This document shows, piece after piece, positions 1 through 9,763 of a stretch of DNA of 64,000 bases. Origin of the DNA: an uncultured Pseudomonadales bacterium (GTDB lineage: Bacteria; Patescibacteriota; Microgenomatia; UBA1400; MFAQ01); assembly GCA_964439805.1 (NCBI GenBank), contig CAYTOI010000001.1:67573-131572 (forward strand). Direction: 5' to 3'. Made by a program: the position numbers and the translations under genes. Every line of letters begins with the position of its first letter. Position 1 is the stretch's first letter. The notes beneath the pieces were generated by a model. That model worked only from the letters and a program-made list of their open reading frames with translations. It did not search any database and was not told the origin of the DNA.

Positions 1-79
1 TAATACATCGTAAAAACTTTTTATATTAGTTTTGAAAAATACTAAGATTGGCCCATCAACCTGGTCAATTTTCGAACAT

Positions 80-523
80 TTATGAACCAGACACCAATGC
101 TTTTTGAATTGAATCTTTGATATCAGCCCAATCGTATGCTTCAGCTATTATTTTATGGCCGCTAGTAACTTTACAGTCAGACTTAGTAATATCAAAACTC
201 TTCCAAATATTATCAACAGGGTCTTCAACCTTGACCCAAGCATGATCGGGTGAATCAGGAATTGAACCATGAATTTTTTTTACTTCGTAACCAATGTGTC
301 TAAGCATATCTGTAGCGATATTTGTCTTGGATCCACAACTATTCATTCCAACATTAAAAGCAATTTCTGAAGGAGTAAATCTAGATTCTAGAATACTTTT
401 AGCTTGGTACGATTTTCCCAAGTTATCAAAATGAGAAACTAAATACTCTCTAATCGCCAGGATAAGATCTTCTAGGTTCAAATTTTGGTTTTTCAAATTT
501 TCAGCTTTTTTAAGATAATCCAT
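80..523 (-). CDS. Transglutaminase-like domain protein
   Basis: 147 aa ORF with Cys (NSCG), His (DHAWV) and Asp (FDIT) in transglutaminase-like order. Confidence 0.6.
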   Translation of the reverse strand: MDYLKKAENLKNQNLNLEDLILAIREYLVSHFDNLGKSYQAKSILESRFTPSEIAFNVGMNSCGSKTNIATDMLRHIGYEVKKIHGSIPDSPDHAWVKVEDPVDNIWKSFDITKSDCKVTSGHKIIAEAYDWADIKDSIQKALVSGS

Positions 524-658
524 TAAATGATTCTATCAAAATTTCGATTACCGTCTGGCTCTTTGTGACAAGAATAAAACCGCGCCTAAAAATGTTACTC
601 GCTGGGTGGGACGATTTTCGAAATTATTCAGCACAGAATCATCAATTTTGCCAATAAA

Positions 659-688
659 AAATAGGATGTCTTGAAAGACATCCTATTT
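659..688 (-). terminator. Probable intrinsic terminator
   Basis: Perfect inverted repeat aaataggatgtc/gacatcctattt next to an A-run, just past the stop of 696..1220. Confidence 0.7.
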
Positions 689-695
689 ATAGATG

Positions 696-1220
696 TTATT
701 TACGCATTGCCTGAGCCGCCGCTTCAGTCAATATATTACCCTGACTATTGGGAACGTCACTTATAAACACTTTTGTATCAATACCCTCAACTATATAAGA
801 GATATAACCTACAAGCTGTTGAATGTTATAGATAGGAACATGTAAGTCCTGGGAGTGAAACTCTTCTGGAACACTAGAAAAAAGGTAGCCAGAATTCTGC
901 ATCAGAGCACTACCTAAATAAGCAGGGTGTGGGTACCTACCCAAAGAGGAAGTGCTAAGCGTACCCATAAAGTGTCCAGGTTTGACGGGGTTGATGGGAT
1001 TGTCATCCAATAAAGTAATTTCACTGGGAAAAGACACAATGGTGTCACTAACCTGAGAAGTAATGGTGCTACCAGCAAAATGAATCGTGTTGATCTTGCA
1101 CAGAACCCCGTTGATACCGGGATCCTCGGTAGCCACCACGGTGGCAATTAGAATACTATCTCCTTGACCAGATACATAAAAAAAAGATTGGTGTTTCCGT
1201 ACTTTAGACAGATCATTCAT
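696..1220 (-). CDS. Hypothetical protein
   Basis: 174 aa ORF with SD-like AAGGAG upstream and a terminator downstream; no family recognised. Confidence 0.55.
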   Translation of the reverse strand: MNDLSKVRKHQSFFYVSGQGDSILIATVVATEDPGINGVLCKINTIHFAGSTITSQVSDTIVSFPSEITLLDDNPINPVKPGHFMGTLSTSSLGRYPHPAYLGSALMQNSGYLFSSVPEEFHSQDLHVPIYNIQQLVGYISYIVEGIDTKVFISDVPNSQGNILTEAAAQAMRK

Positions 1221-1309
1221 ATATTACTCTCCTTATGCGCAAAATAGAATTACAATGTTCAAATCGTAATTATACCAACAAAACAGTCATTGTCAATATT
1301 ATAGGTTTG

Positions 1310-1383
1310 CTCCCCCGGCAGGGCTCGAACCTGCGACATCCTCCTTAACAGGGAGGCGCTCATACCAACTGAGCTACAGGGGA
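1310..1383 (-). tRNA. tRNA-Asn(GTT)
   Basis: Cloverleaf; anticodon arm cctcc-ctGTTaa-ggagg; T-loop GTTCGAG; no encoded CCA. Confidence 0.95.
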
Positions 1384-1461
1384 ATATAAACGAACTTGTC
1401 TATTTTACCAAATTTAATCCCCAGCCTCAAGGCTAAATTAAAATCTGCACATTAGCTTCAA

Positions 1462-1746
1462 TTATCTCTTTTTCTTCTTCACTACCCTCACAGTTTTCGT
1501 TACCACCTTAGATTTTTTGGTAGAATCCTCATCTTTTGCCCAAAATAACAAATAACAGATAGGCAAAATACCCATACTATTGATCAAAAGCAAGGCCACA
1601 AACCACCAATTTTCGTTCCTCTTGGCAGCCTTCCACAAAGCCATTCCTTTCCATCCCAAATCCCAAAGAGCCATCAGCCCTATTCCCCCATAAAAGAAAG
1701 GTGAGTAATTTCCATAACCTCCCATCATTGTTTCTCTCCAGTACAT
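1462..1746 (-). CDS. Small membrane protein (DUF5652-like)
   Basis: WKGMALWKAAK...WFVALL..NSMGILPI pattern; basic C-terminal tail. Confidence 0.7.
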   Translation of the reverse strand: MYWRETMMGGYGNYSPFFYGGIGLMALWDLGWKGMALWKAAKRNENWWFVALLLINSMGILPICYLLFWAKDEDSTKKSKVVTKTVRVVKKKKR

Positions 1747-1751
1747 ATATT

Positions 1752-2078
1752 TTATTTAAATTTTGATAATACTAGGTTCACAAGTGATAAAACAACAGCA
1801 GCCAAGAGAGCAACCCCAAAACTCTTTACGCTAAACCCCTTAACCAAGTTACTCATGAGCATTATCAAAAATGCATTGATTACAAAAGTAAAAAGACCAA
1901 GAGTCATAAAATTAACTGGCAAAGTCAAAATAATCAAAATTGGTTTTAAAACAAGAGTGAGCAATCCCCACACCACCGCCACCACAGCAAGGGCTGTAAA
2001 GTTTGCAATCACTATCCCCGGGACCAAATAAGCAGTTATATAAAAAGCTATTGCGTTCACTATCAAATTGGTTAACAT
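1752..2078 (-). CDS. YvlD-like 4-TM phage holin family membrane protein
   Basis: LKPIL.ILTLP.N..TLGLF.FVINA motif. Confidence 0.85.
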   Translation of the reverse strand: MLTNLIVNAIAFYITAYLVPGIVIANFTALAVVAVVWGLLTLVLKPILIILTLPVNFMTLGLFTFVINAFLIMLMSNLVKGFSVKSFGVALLAAVVLSLVNLVLSKFK

Positions 2079-2145
2079 GCTTTAATGATATATTTTTTCT
2101 GCACCTTGTCAAATTCCCCACAATAGATTTAAGATAGTAAACAAA

Positions 2146-2763
2146 ATGACAGAAAAACTAAAGGGTATTTCAGGTTCCATGTTTGCCGGAAAAACCGAAG
2201 AACTAATTAGTGAAATAAACAGAGCTGAAATAGCCAAAAAAAATTGTCTAGTTTTTAAACCAAAACTAGATGACAGATGGGGAAAGGTAGATAAAATTTG
2301 TTCCCATTCAGGGGCTGAGCATGAAGCCTACCCTGTAAGTATTCCAGAAGAAATTCTTCAAATCGTCTATCAGTTTTTGGAAACCAATGACAAACTAGAC
2401 CTCGTTGCTATTGATGAAGTTCAGTTTATGGACGAGTCCATCGTAGAAGTAATAATTTTTTTACTAGAACAGGACATCAAAGTAATCTTTGCAGGTTTAG
2501 CCACCGACTTCCGAGGTGAACCCTTCGGTCAAATGCCCACTCTCCTTGCACTCGCAGATGAAATAGACAAACCAACAGCTATCTGCACGTATGAAGAAAA
2601 TGGAAAATGCTGTGGAGACGACGCCACCAAAACCCAAAGACTAATAAATGGAAAACCAGCTAACTACAACGACCCAATTGTTTTAATTGGAGCAGAACAA
2701 CAATACCAAGCCCGCTGCCCCAACCACCACCAAGTCCCAGGCAAACCAAAAATAAAAATTTAA
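2146..2763 (+). CDS. tdk: Thymidine kinase
   Basis: GSMFAGKT Walker A, IDEVQF, AGL.TDFRGEPF, Zn-binding cysteines. Confidence 0.95.
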   Translation: MTEKLKGISGSMFAGKTEELISEINRAEIAKKNCLVFKPKLDDRWGKVDKICSHSGAEHEAYPVSIPEEILQIVYQFLETNDKLDLVAIDEVQFMDESIVEVIIFLLEQDIKVIFAGLATDFRGEPFGQMPTLLALADEIDKPTAICTYEENGKCCGDDATKTQRLINGKPANYNDPIVLIGAEQQYQARCPNHHQVPGKPKIKI

Positions 2764-3566
2764 GCCTTTTTACTCTTACTTTTGATAAAACCAATAGGGT
2801 CCTTCTTGGCTTCATCGATTTGAGAAAAATATTCTATACTGACTAGTTTTTCACCAAGCACCGATCTAATATGTGAATCCATATGTTCCAAATACTGTAC
2901 GAGTCTCTCATTTAAACCAACAGGTATATTATCTCCAGAATTAATTAAAAAGCATAGTTGAGCCATTGGACCTGCGTCAAAAAATTGCAAACTATTCTTA
3001 TTCTCTGTTTGATCCACAATAATATTAGAATCGCTCACATCCGCCAATATTCCAGTTTCCATAAAAAAAGCAATTGAAGCATTCATTATGTCTACTCTTT
3101 GCTCATTAATAGATTTAAAGTTGTTATTAACAAGTTCCAATGACCCCTGCAATTGATGTTCTTTACCTAATTTTTCCAAAGTTTTACCATCAATATATTT
3201 CTGAAAACGAACGTTCTTTCCACCTTTTTCATCTTCAACCCTTCGAACCTCCTCCCTCAAATAATAATCGCCAAAAATTCTAGAATATGTTTCATCTGCC
3301 AGTTTTGACCAATTGTAAAAATTTTCACTATCCAAAAAAGTCTTTGCTTCTAAATCGACTGGATGTTCTATATTGTTTTCCCAATTTGTTTCTTTATACA
3401 CAAACCTCTCATTTTCCTCACCAAAAGGACCATAGACAATATTTTCATAACCATCTTTACTCAACACACAATTTTTATAGTCTGCCGGAAGCTCCATGTT
3501 TTCAAAACTCATTTCTTTTTTTATATTAACTTCACCATTGTCTAATTCACCTTTATCTTCTCCCAT
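2760..3566 (-). CDS. Hypothetical protein, possible kinase-like fold
   Basis: 268 aa; QKYIDGKTL, ADVSDSNIIVD and FFDAG resemble degenerate kinase subdomains. Confidence 0.5.
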   Translation of the reverse strand: MGEDKGELDNGEVNIKKEMSFENMELPADYKNCVLSKDGYENIVYGPFGEENERFVYKETNWENNIEHPVDLEAKTFLDSENFYNWSKLADETYSRIFGDYYLREEVRRVEDEKGGKNVRFQKYIDGKTLEKLGKEHQLQGSLELVNNNFKSINEQRVDIMNASIAFFMETGILADVSDSNIIVDQTENKNSLQFFDAGPMAQLCFLINSGDNIPVGLNERLVQYLEHMDSHIRSVLGEKLVSIEYFSQIDEAKKDPIGFIKSKSKKA

Positions 3567-3690
3567 TCCACAATTCTACATTACAAACAAAATAAAAAAA
3601 TTATTAGCGGAGAGAGTGTCCTTTGTGGCGATATTTTGCAAGGTGCGCGTAGAGCATGATCTCCTGTACTCAGTACACATAAACACAACA

Positions 3691-3718
3691 TCTTGAGTTC
3701 TTGATTCCTTGAGTTCTT
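3691..3718 (+). repeat. 8-mer tandem micro-array (TCTTGAGT family)
   Basis: tcttgagt tcttgatt ccttgagt tctt, directly after the rpoD stop. Confidence 0.8.
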
Positions 3719-4821
3719 CACTCAAGATAATCTTGCAACTTTCTTCTTCTAGAAGGATGTCTCAATTTACGTAGAGCCTTACTCTCTATCTGTCTTATAC
3801 GCTCTCTGGTGACACCAAATACTCTTCCAACCTCTTCCAAGGTCAAAGGTTTACTTCCGTCCAAACCAAATCTCATTCTAAGAACTTTACTCTCTCTTTC
3901 AGTAAGAGAAGTAAGCGCATCTTCCAAATTCTCATGCATTAATTGACGAGATGTTGACTCGTAAGGAGTAGCTTGTCTTTCGTCAGGAATAAAGTCTCCA
4001 AGCATAGAATCTTCATCATCTCCAATTGGGGTTTCAAGAGATGTAGTTTTCTGGGCAATTTTGAGAATTTCTCTGACTTTCTCTGGAGTGGTTTCCAACT
4101 CTGCTGCCACTTCGTCATCTGTCGGTTCTCTACCAAGGTCCTGCATCAACTTTCGCTGAGTTCTAATAAGTTTGTTTATTGTCTCCACCATGTGAACCGG
4201 AATACGAATAGTTCTGGCTTGATCAGCAATTGCACGAGTTATAGCTTGGCGAATCCACCATGTAGCATAAGTAGAAAATTTAAATCCTTTAGTCCAATCA
4301 TATTTCTCAACCGCACGAATCAAACCCTTGTTACCTTCTTGAATCAAGTCCAAAAAGCTCATTCCTCTGCCCATGTATTTCTTTGCAATCGAAACCACCA
4401 AACGAAGGTTCGACTTGGTAAGCATGTCTTTGGCGTGAACATTTCCTCTTTCTACCTTCTGAGCCAAAGCAATCTCTTCATCTCGTTTAAGAAGTGGAAT
4501 GCGTCCAATTTCCTTAAGATACATTCTCACTGGGTCGTTTACCTCAGTGTCCTCCATCTTGGAAAGAGACTCTAGTTCTTTTTCTAGCTCACTTGTAGCT
4601 TCCAATATTTCGGCGTCCTGACCTGCCAAAACACTCTCAAAAACGTCAACGTCTGACTTAAAAAGCACTTCATAAAGAAAATCCAAATCATTTATTTCTT
4701 TCTCTGGATTGGGAAATTGCTCCAAAATATCATCCTGGGTCACAAAACCCTGCTCCTTACCCTGTTCTAGGATTAGATTAATTTTCTGTTGGTTGGAAAG
4801 ATTCGCTTTTTTATCAGCCAT
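3718..4821 (-). CDS. rpoD: RNA polymerase primary sigma factor
   Basis: [48 protein letters not shown]. Confidence 0.98.
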   Translation of the reverse strand: MADKKANLSNQQKINLILEQGKEQGFVTQDDILEQFPNPEKEINDLDFLYEVLFKSDVDVFESVLAGQDAEILEATSELEKELESLSKMEDTEVNDPVRMYLKEIGRIPLLKRDEEIALAQKVERGNVHAKDMLTKSNLRLVVSIAKKYMGRGMSFLDLIQEGNKGLIRAVEKYDWTKGFKFSTYATWWIRQAITRAIADQARTIRIPVHMVETINKLIRTQRKLMQDLGREPTDDEVAAELETTPEKVREILKIAQKTTSLETPIGDDEDSMLGDFIPDERQATPYESTSRQLMHENLEDALTSLTERESKVLRMRFGLDGSKPLTLEEVGRVFGVTRERIRQIESKALRKLRHPSRRRKLQDYLE

Positions 4822-4848
4822 AAATAGATTCCCTAGCTTACCACATTT

Positions 4849-6615
4849 TTAAGCGAAATCAAGGGAAAAAAGCTTGTTTTCCCTGGTATCCAAATCCCTT
4901 AGCTTCAACAAAATCTCCTTTTCCTTCTCTTCTTCTCCGTTTTTCTCCGCCAGCTCCCTATCTTTGGCCAAATCTGTCCTTCTCTCTCTAATCATTTCTC
5001 TAGCAATCTTTACGGTAAGATCCAAGACGTTAGACTCGTTAGTTTCTGCCTCTTCTGAGCTCATGTAGATGTCTTTGCAGACCTCTTGCATCTCTGTGGG
5101 CATAGTTAAGAGAAAATCTTTAATTTCCACCCCAGACTCAAGATTATCAAAAACAAAAACCAATAACTTCCACAATCCTCCCGACCCTTCAATGTCTCTT
5201 AGAACTTTTTTTGTCTTTCTTATTAAATCTTGGTTAGCCAGCAAACTTCCAATTAAATTTTTCAAAAGCTTATCAATTCGTGATTCACTTACCGTCTTTT
5301 CCTCTTTCTTAGCAATCACTCCGACCGATCTCCCTGACCGACTTTTGTCAATTTCTGCCAAAACACTATTAAGACTTACCCCAATTTTCTCCGCGAGTCT
5401 TTTGGACCAAACCTCTCGAATGACAACATTTTCAATTTTTGAAAGAAAAGGAATAACTTCCACCAAAACCTTACTTATTCCTTCTGGAGTTCCATCATTG
5501 TTTTTCTTTATCGCTTTTTCCATCACAAACTCATAAACATCAACTGCAGACTCTACCATTTTCTTCCAAAGACCCGCCGAGTTTCGGGCAATTTCATCCG
5601 GATCTTTGCCTCCATCTATCTGTACAACTTTAATATTCAAACCTCTTTTTTCTGCAAGCTCCACCGATCTTTTTATCGCCGCATAACCCGCGTCATCTGC
5701 ATCAAGTGAAACATATATTTTGTTTGCAAGCCGAGCCATCAACTCCATCTGGTCTTCTGTAATCCCTGTTCCTCCAACGGCTACTGTTTCTGTAATGCCA
5801 CTAGCAAAAGAACTGATCTGATCCATCTGACCTTCTACCAAAACCACTCTTTTATTTTCTCTTATTGCTTTTTTTGCTTGGTAAAATCCATAGAGCATTT
5901 TTCCTTTATGATAAATTTCTGTTTCTGGAGAATTTAGATATTTCGGTTCTCCTTCTTTGGCAAGTTCTGGCAACACTCTCCCAGTAAAACCCACCACTCT
6001 ACCTGCCGAATCCTGCAAAGGAAACATCAGCCTTCCTCTAAATTTGTCATAGTACCCTCCTCCAGCTTTCTTAACCACAAGCCCTACTTTCTCCAATAGT
6101 TCCAAGGAATAGTTTTTCTTCTTAGTAAGGTAATTTATCAACGAATCCCAACTACTTAAAGAAAAACCCAAATTATATGTCTCAATTATTTTGCTCGATA
6201 TTTTTCTTCCCTCCAAGTATTTTCTAGCTACTTCCCCTGATTTTCCTGACACCAAAATCCAGTTGTAATATCTAGATGTAAGTTCCATAACTTCCAACAT
6301 CTCATTTTTTATCTCACTATTATTCCCGGATCTTTTCTCTAGCTTTATCCCCACTCTATCTGCCAGTCTCTCCAAAGCATCCAAAAAACTAATTCCTTCA
6401 ACCTCCATTAAAAATTTAATTGAGTCACCTCCTGCACCACATCCAAAACACTTATAAAGATTTAACTCTTCGTTAACCAGAAAACTTGGAGTTTTTTCGG
6501 AGTGAAACGGACACAGCCCCTTCTGATGTCTTCCCATTTTCTTTAAAGCCACATATTGACCTACTACATCCGCAATATTATTTTTGCTCTTTATTTCCTC
6601 AACTTGATCATTCAT
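4849..6615 (-). CDS. dnaG: DNA primase
   Basis: CPFH..KTPSF/CFGC zinc finger, PKYLNSPET, TOPRIM VEG..D and DADDAG. Confidence 0.98.
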   Translation of the reverse strand: MNDQVEEIKSKNNIADVVGQYVALKKMGRHQKGLCPFHSEKTPSFLVNEELNLYKCFGCGAGGDSIKFLMEVEGISFLDALERLADRVGIKLEKRSGNNSEIKNEMLEVMELTSRYYNWILVSGKSGEVARKYLEGRKISSKIIETYNLGFSLSSWDSLINYLTKKKNYSLELLEKVGLVVKKAGGGYYDKFRGRLMFPLQDSAGRVVGFTGRVLPELAKEGEPKYLNSPETEIYHKGKMLYGFYQAKKAIRENKRVVLVEGQMDQISSFASGITETVAVGGTGITEDQMELMARLANKIYVSLDADDAGYAAIKRSVELAEKRGLNIKVVQIDGGKDPDEIARNSAGLWKKMVESAVDVYEFVMEKAIKKNNDGTPEGISKVLVEVIPFLSKIENVVIREVWSKRLAEKIGVSLNSVLAEIDKSRSGRSVGVIAKKEEKTVSESRIDKLLKNLIGSLLANQDLIRKTKKVLRDIEGSGGLWKLLVFVFDNLESGVEIKDFLLTMPTEMQEVCKDIYMSSEEAETNESNVLDLTVKIAREMIRERRTDLAKDRELAEKNGEEEKEKEILLKLRDLDTRENKLFSLDFA

Positions 6616-6632
6616 CTACCTGATTATAACAA

Positions 6633-6735
6633 GCTCATAATGACTTCAGTGATTATGAGCGCAGTTATAAGAGGAAGCGCAGGATGATAGTTCAATAATT
6701 ATTTATTATTGAACAGAAGACGAGCAAGCTCTTAT
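6633..6735. repeat. 103-bp structured dispersed repeat, copy 1
   Basis: Near-identical to 12043..12145; contains three inverted-repeat pairs. Confidence 0.85.
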
Positions 6736-6800
6736 ATAAACAGTCGGTGAATTCGACTTCAGTGATTTATATTCTTCCCCATTTGAAATATACTCAAACC

Positions 6801-7571
6801 ATGCAAATTTCAGAAAAAAGTATCGGTTTGGTTTTGGGTGGTGGCGGAGCTAGAGGCTTTTTCCATATCGGTGTCCTCAAAGCCATTCAAGAACTCAACA
6901 TAAAGATAGACAAGATCTCGGGTACATCCGTAGGTGCTGTTGTTGGTGCCATATACGCCGCCAACCCTCAAACGGATTTTGACAAACTAACTTCAGAAAT
7001 TGATTTTTTAAAAATAACCAAAGCAATGGCTCTCGGCAGAAAATCCGGCACCACTTCTGGTATTGAAACATTTATTAAAAACCACTTATCAGCCAACGAC
7101 TTCTCAGATCTAAAAATTCCCCTTTCTTTTAATGCCACAGACATCAACAACAAAGAAGAGGTGGTTTTTGACAAAGGACCCCTTTTCCCGGCCCTAATTT
7201 CTTCCATCTCTATTCCAGGGGTATTTCCACCAATAAAGATTGGGGGTCGTTTTCTAGTTGACGGAGGTGTAGCCAACAATGTTCCAGCTTCACTGATTAC
7301 CGACACTACCAACCTCATAATCTCCGACATTACCGGACCTGTGAGAAAAATTGAAAGTGACACTTCCCCCCTTAAGGTTCTCTATAGCTCCATAACTTTT
7401 ATGCAGTACCGAATCAAACAGGAAGAGCTAAACAAAATTAAAAATCAAAAAGTTACTCACCTAAAACTTTTAGAAAACAACATTTTCCTCTTGGACTTCC
7501 GAAAGAAAAATTTCAAAAAACTCATTAACCTCGGCTACAAAGCCATGATGGATAGTGACTTTGCAAAATAA
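6801..7571 (+). CDS. Patatin-like phospholipase
   Basis: LGGGGARG, GTSVG, DGG motifs; ATG 6801 preferred because TATACT lies 6 nt upstream. Confidence 0.92.
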   Translation: MQISEKSIGLVLGGGGARGFFHIGVLKAIQELNIKIDKISGTSVGAVVGAIYAANPQTDFDKLTSEIDFLKITKAMALGRKSGTTSGIETFIKNHLSANDFSDLKIPLSFNATDINNKEEVVFDKGPLFPALISSISIPGVFPPIKIGGRFLVDGGVANNVPASLITDTTNLIISDITGPVRKIESDTSPLKVLYSSITFMQYRIKQEELNKIKNQKVTHLKLLENNIFLLDFRKKNFKKLINLGYKAMMDSDFAK

Positions 7572-7572
7572 C

Positions 7573-7715
7573 TGGCGGAGGAGGTGGGATTCGCCTTCGG
7601 TCACTTTCAGTGCCTCAGGACCTGTCTCAGCAGGTTTGTTACAAAACTGCTTCCGACTGTCCGAATTCCATATAGCAATAAAAAAATTCTCACATAAAGC
7701 GAGAATTTTTAATTG
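7573..7715 (-). mobile_element. tRNA-3'-end module 1 (after tRNA-Ser GGA)
   Basis: Terminator-like hairpin, antisense T-arm copy, 34-nt core at 7624..7657, then a duplicate tRNA 3' end with CCA at 7573..7593; mobility is inferred. Confidence 0.6.
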
Positions 7716-7799
7716 CGGAGGAGGTGGGATTCGGACCCACGAGTGCCGGAGCACACTCGCTTTCCAAGCGAGCGGAATAGACCACTATCCGACTCCTCC
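7716..7799 (-). tRNA. tRNA-Ser(GGA)
   Basis: ctcgc-ttGGAaa-gcgag, long variable arm, G73; T-loop variant TCCGAAT. Confidence 0.92.
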
Positions 7800-7929
7800 G
7801 AGTGAGCAAGTTTGTAAATTTACTAATTTACAAGTTTGTGAAGCGAGGAGGAGAGGATATCGTAGATATCCGTACTCCTACACAATTCTCTACTCGATTC
7901 TCAAGTTTTAAAACTCAAGCTTCTATATT

Positions 7930-8757
7930 TTACCTCAACCTCCCCAAAGCTGATAGAAGCTCATTTACGTTGTCCAGGTGAACTGTCCCCTCCGGAACCT
8001 TTCCTGCCTTATAAACAGACCAACTTGAGCCGTTGTGTAACCACATTGTTTTTGCTCCAATTTCTGCTGCTGGGATAATATCTCCCGGAAGACTGTCACC
8101 TACCACCAAACACTCCTCTGGTAACACTTCCAAACCAACCATACACTTTACCCAATCAGCTGCACTCTTGTGCTTGTTTTCGTCAGCCACATAAATTAAA
8201 TCAAAATACTCACTCATCCCCGTAGAATTTAATTTCATATTTGTCCAATCCTCGTTAGCATGAGTTACCAACCCTATCTTAATTCCACATCTTTTTACTA
8301 TTTCCAAAACAGCTTCTGCACCCGGCCTAATCCTGGGCTCTTCTGAATATATCTTCATTAATATATCCAAGTTCTCTAGTACAGTCTGTTCATTACCCTC
8401 AAATTCCAAAGCCATTTTCTTTAACACTGCTTCCCATCGTGCCGGATTAACCCCCATTCTCTTGTATTCTTCATCATTAAGTCTCCTCAAACTCTCAATT
8501 ACCAAACCCTCCTCCACTCCCATTTCCTCGGCTACCTTACTAGCATACGCTTCCATGTATTTTGCAAACTTTTCTGTAGTAAAAATCAAAGTATCATCAA
8601 AATCAAACAAGACAGCTTTAATTCCCAATCTATTAAACTTTTCTTTTACTTCTTCTAAAAATCTGTCCTGAAATTTCTCCATTGTGGACAATATATCACA
8701 ATCAAAACTCTCTGCGGAGGGTACAGGAGTCTTGAGGTAATCCGAAATCCCGAGCAT
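7930..8757 (-). CDS. HAD-superfamily hydrolase
   Basis: FDFDDTL motif I, LVTH, VGDS..GD..A...G; start uncertain. Confidence 0.88.
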   Translation of the reverse strand: MLGISDYLKTPVPSAESFDCDILSTMEKFQDRFLEEVKEKFNRLGIKAVLFDFDDTLIFTTEKFAKYMEAYASKVAEEMGVEEGLVIESLRRLNDEEYKRMGVNPARWEAVLKKMALEFEGNEQTVLENLDILMKIYSEEPRIRPGAEAVLEIVKRCGIKIGLVTHANEDWTNMKLNSTGMSEYFDLIYVADENKHKSAADWVKCMVGLEVLPEECLVVGDSLPGDIIPAAEIGAKTMWLHNGSSWSVYKAGKVPEGTVHLDNVNELLSALGRLR

Positions 8758-8780
8758 GTCTCGCGGGAGAACCTGTATCC

Positions 8781-8866
8781 TGGCGGTGGGGACAGGACTC
8801 GAACCTGCATGCCCTTGCGAGCGCCAATTTTCGAAATTGGTTCCTTACCATTCGGAGCACCCCACC
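8781..8866 (-). tRNA. tRNA-Ser(CGA)
   Basis: ccaat-ttCGAaa-attgg, long variable arm, ends GCCA. Confidence 0.93.
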
Positions 8867-8875
8867 AAATATATG

Positions 8876-8950
8876 TGAGACCGGTGCGATTCGAACGCAC
8901 GACCTCCTCCTTCGCAGGGAGGCGCTCTAATCCAACTGAGCTACGGCCTC
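8876..8950 (-). tRNA. tRNA-Arg(GCG)
   Basis: cctcc-ctGCGaa-ggagg; T-arm gtgcg-ttcgaat-cgcac. Confidence 0.92.
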
Positions 8951-8996
8951 ATATTAAAACTAAAAGTCTCAACAGCTATATTTTACCTTAACAGCG

Positions 8997-9506
8997 TTAC
9001 TCTAAGGGAAGTTTCTCCGAAAGCCACTTGACTAACCTGTCCATACCCGTGACCTCAGGCTCAACAAAGGGTACAAACTTAGACATCTCTTCTTTTATCT
9101 TTGCCTCGTTACTCTCGCTAATAACCACAACCACATGCCAAGGAGAGTCAACCAGATTTATTCTCAACAACCTCGTTCCCCACTTTGTTTCTATCCAAAA
9201 ATTAGTCATTCTTTGAAAATCATAAAGTCTCCCAACAGAACGAATTCCCCAAGAGGTTAACGTGTTTTTTGTAATCATCGGTTCTGTTCTACTCATGGCC
9301 CACATCATAAATACCAATGCCCAAACCACAAAAACCGGCATTACCCCTTCTATGAAAAACAAAATAACACTAACCAAAAAAGCTATAACGATAACTGAGC
9401 TGTAAAACTCCTTTGTCCACACTTTGTGTGGCCTCTCATAAGACTCCCATTCAAATATGTTTTTTTCCGTTAAGTCGTTAGTTTCAGGCACATTTAATCT
9501 TAGCAT
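8997..9506 (-). CDS. Conserved CPR-type 2-TM membrane protein
   Basis: FEWESYERP...W N-terminus, two hydrophobic helices, PH-like C-terminus. Confidence 0.7.
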   Translation of the reverse strand: MLRLNVPETNDLTEKNIFEWESYERPHKVWTKEFYSSVIVIAFLVSVILFFIEGVMPVFVVWALVFMMWAMSRTEPMITKNTLTSWGIRSVGRLYDFQRMTNFWIETKWGTRLLRINLVDSPWHVVVVISESNEAKIKEEMSKFVPFVEPEVTGMDRLVKWLSEKLPLE

Positions 9507-9523
9507 ATCAACCTCAAAAACCT

Positions 9524-9613
9524 TGGCGGAGGGGCAGGGATTCGAACCCTGGGTGAGTATTACCTCACGGAGGTTTAGTAAACCTCTGCACTAGACCACT
9601 ATGCGACCCCTCC
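9524..9613 (-). tRNA. tRNA-Ser(ACT)
   Basis: gaggt-ttACTaa-acctc; long variable arm; GGAGGGG/CCCCTCC acceptor stem; ends GCCA. Confidence 0.9.
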
Positions 9614-9614
9614 T

Positions 9615-9699
9615 TGGCGGAGAGTACAGGGGTCGAACCTGTTAGGGCTTACGCCCATTAGTTTTCAAGACTAACGCATTACCGTCCTGCCCACTCTCC
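9615..9699 (-). tRNA. tRNA-Ser(TGA)
   Basis: ttagt-ctTGAaa-actaa; long variable arm; ends GCCA. Confidence 0.93.
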
Positions 9700-9763
9700 G
9701 TGCATTGTATTTTATCATTTTAAACTTAATTTTGTGCTTGAACCTGTTAAAATAATTAAGATT

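Noticed and set aside
1752-2078. Holin as evidence of a prophage
   Set aside because: YvlD-like proteins are common chromosomal genes and there is no phage context.
3973-5536. Long antisense ORFs within rpoD and dnaG, and similar ones elsewhere
   Set aside because: They are shadow frames of well-supported genes on the opposite strand.
7470-7911. ORFs 7470..7754 and 7555..7911, and similar ORFs at 9715..10004
   Set aside because: They are translations of tRNA genes and their 3' modules, not proteins.
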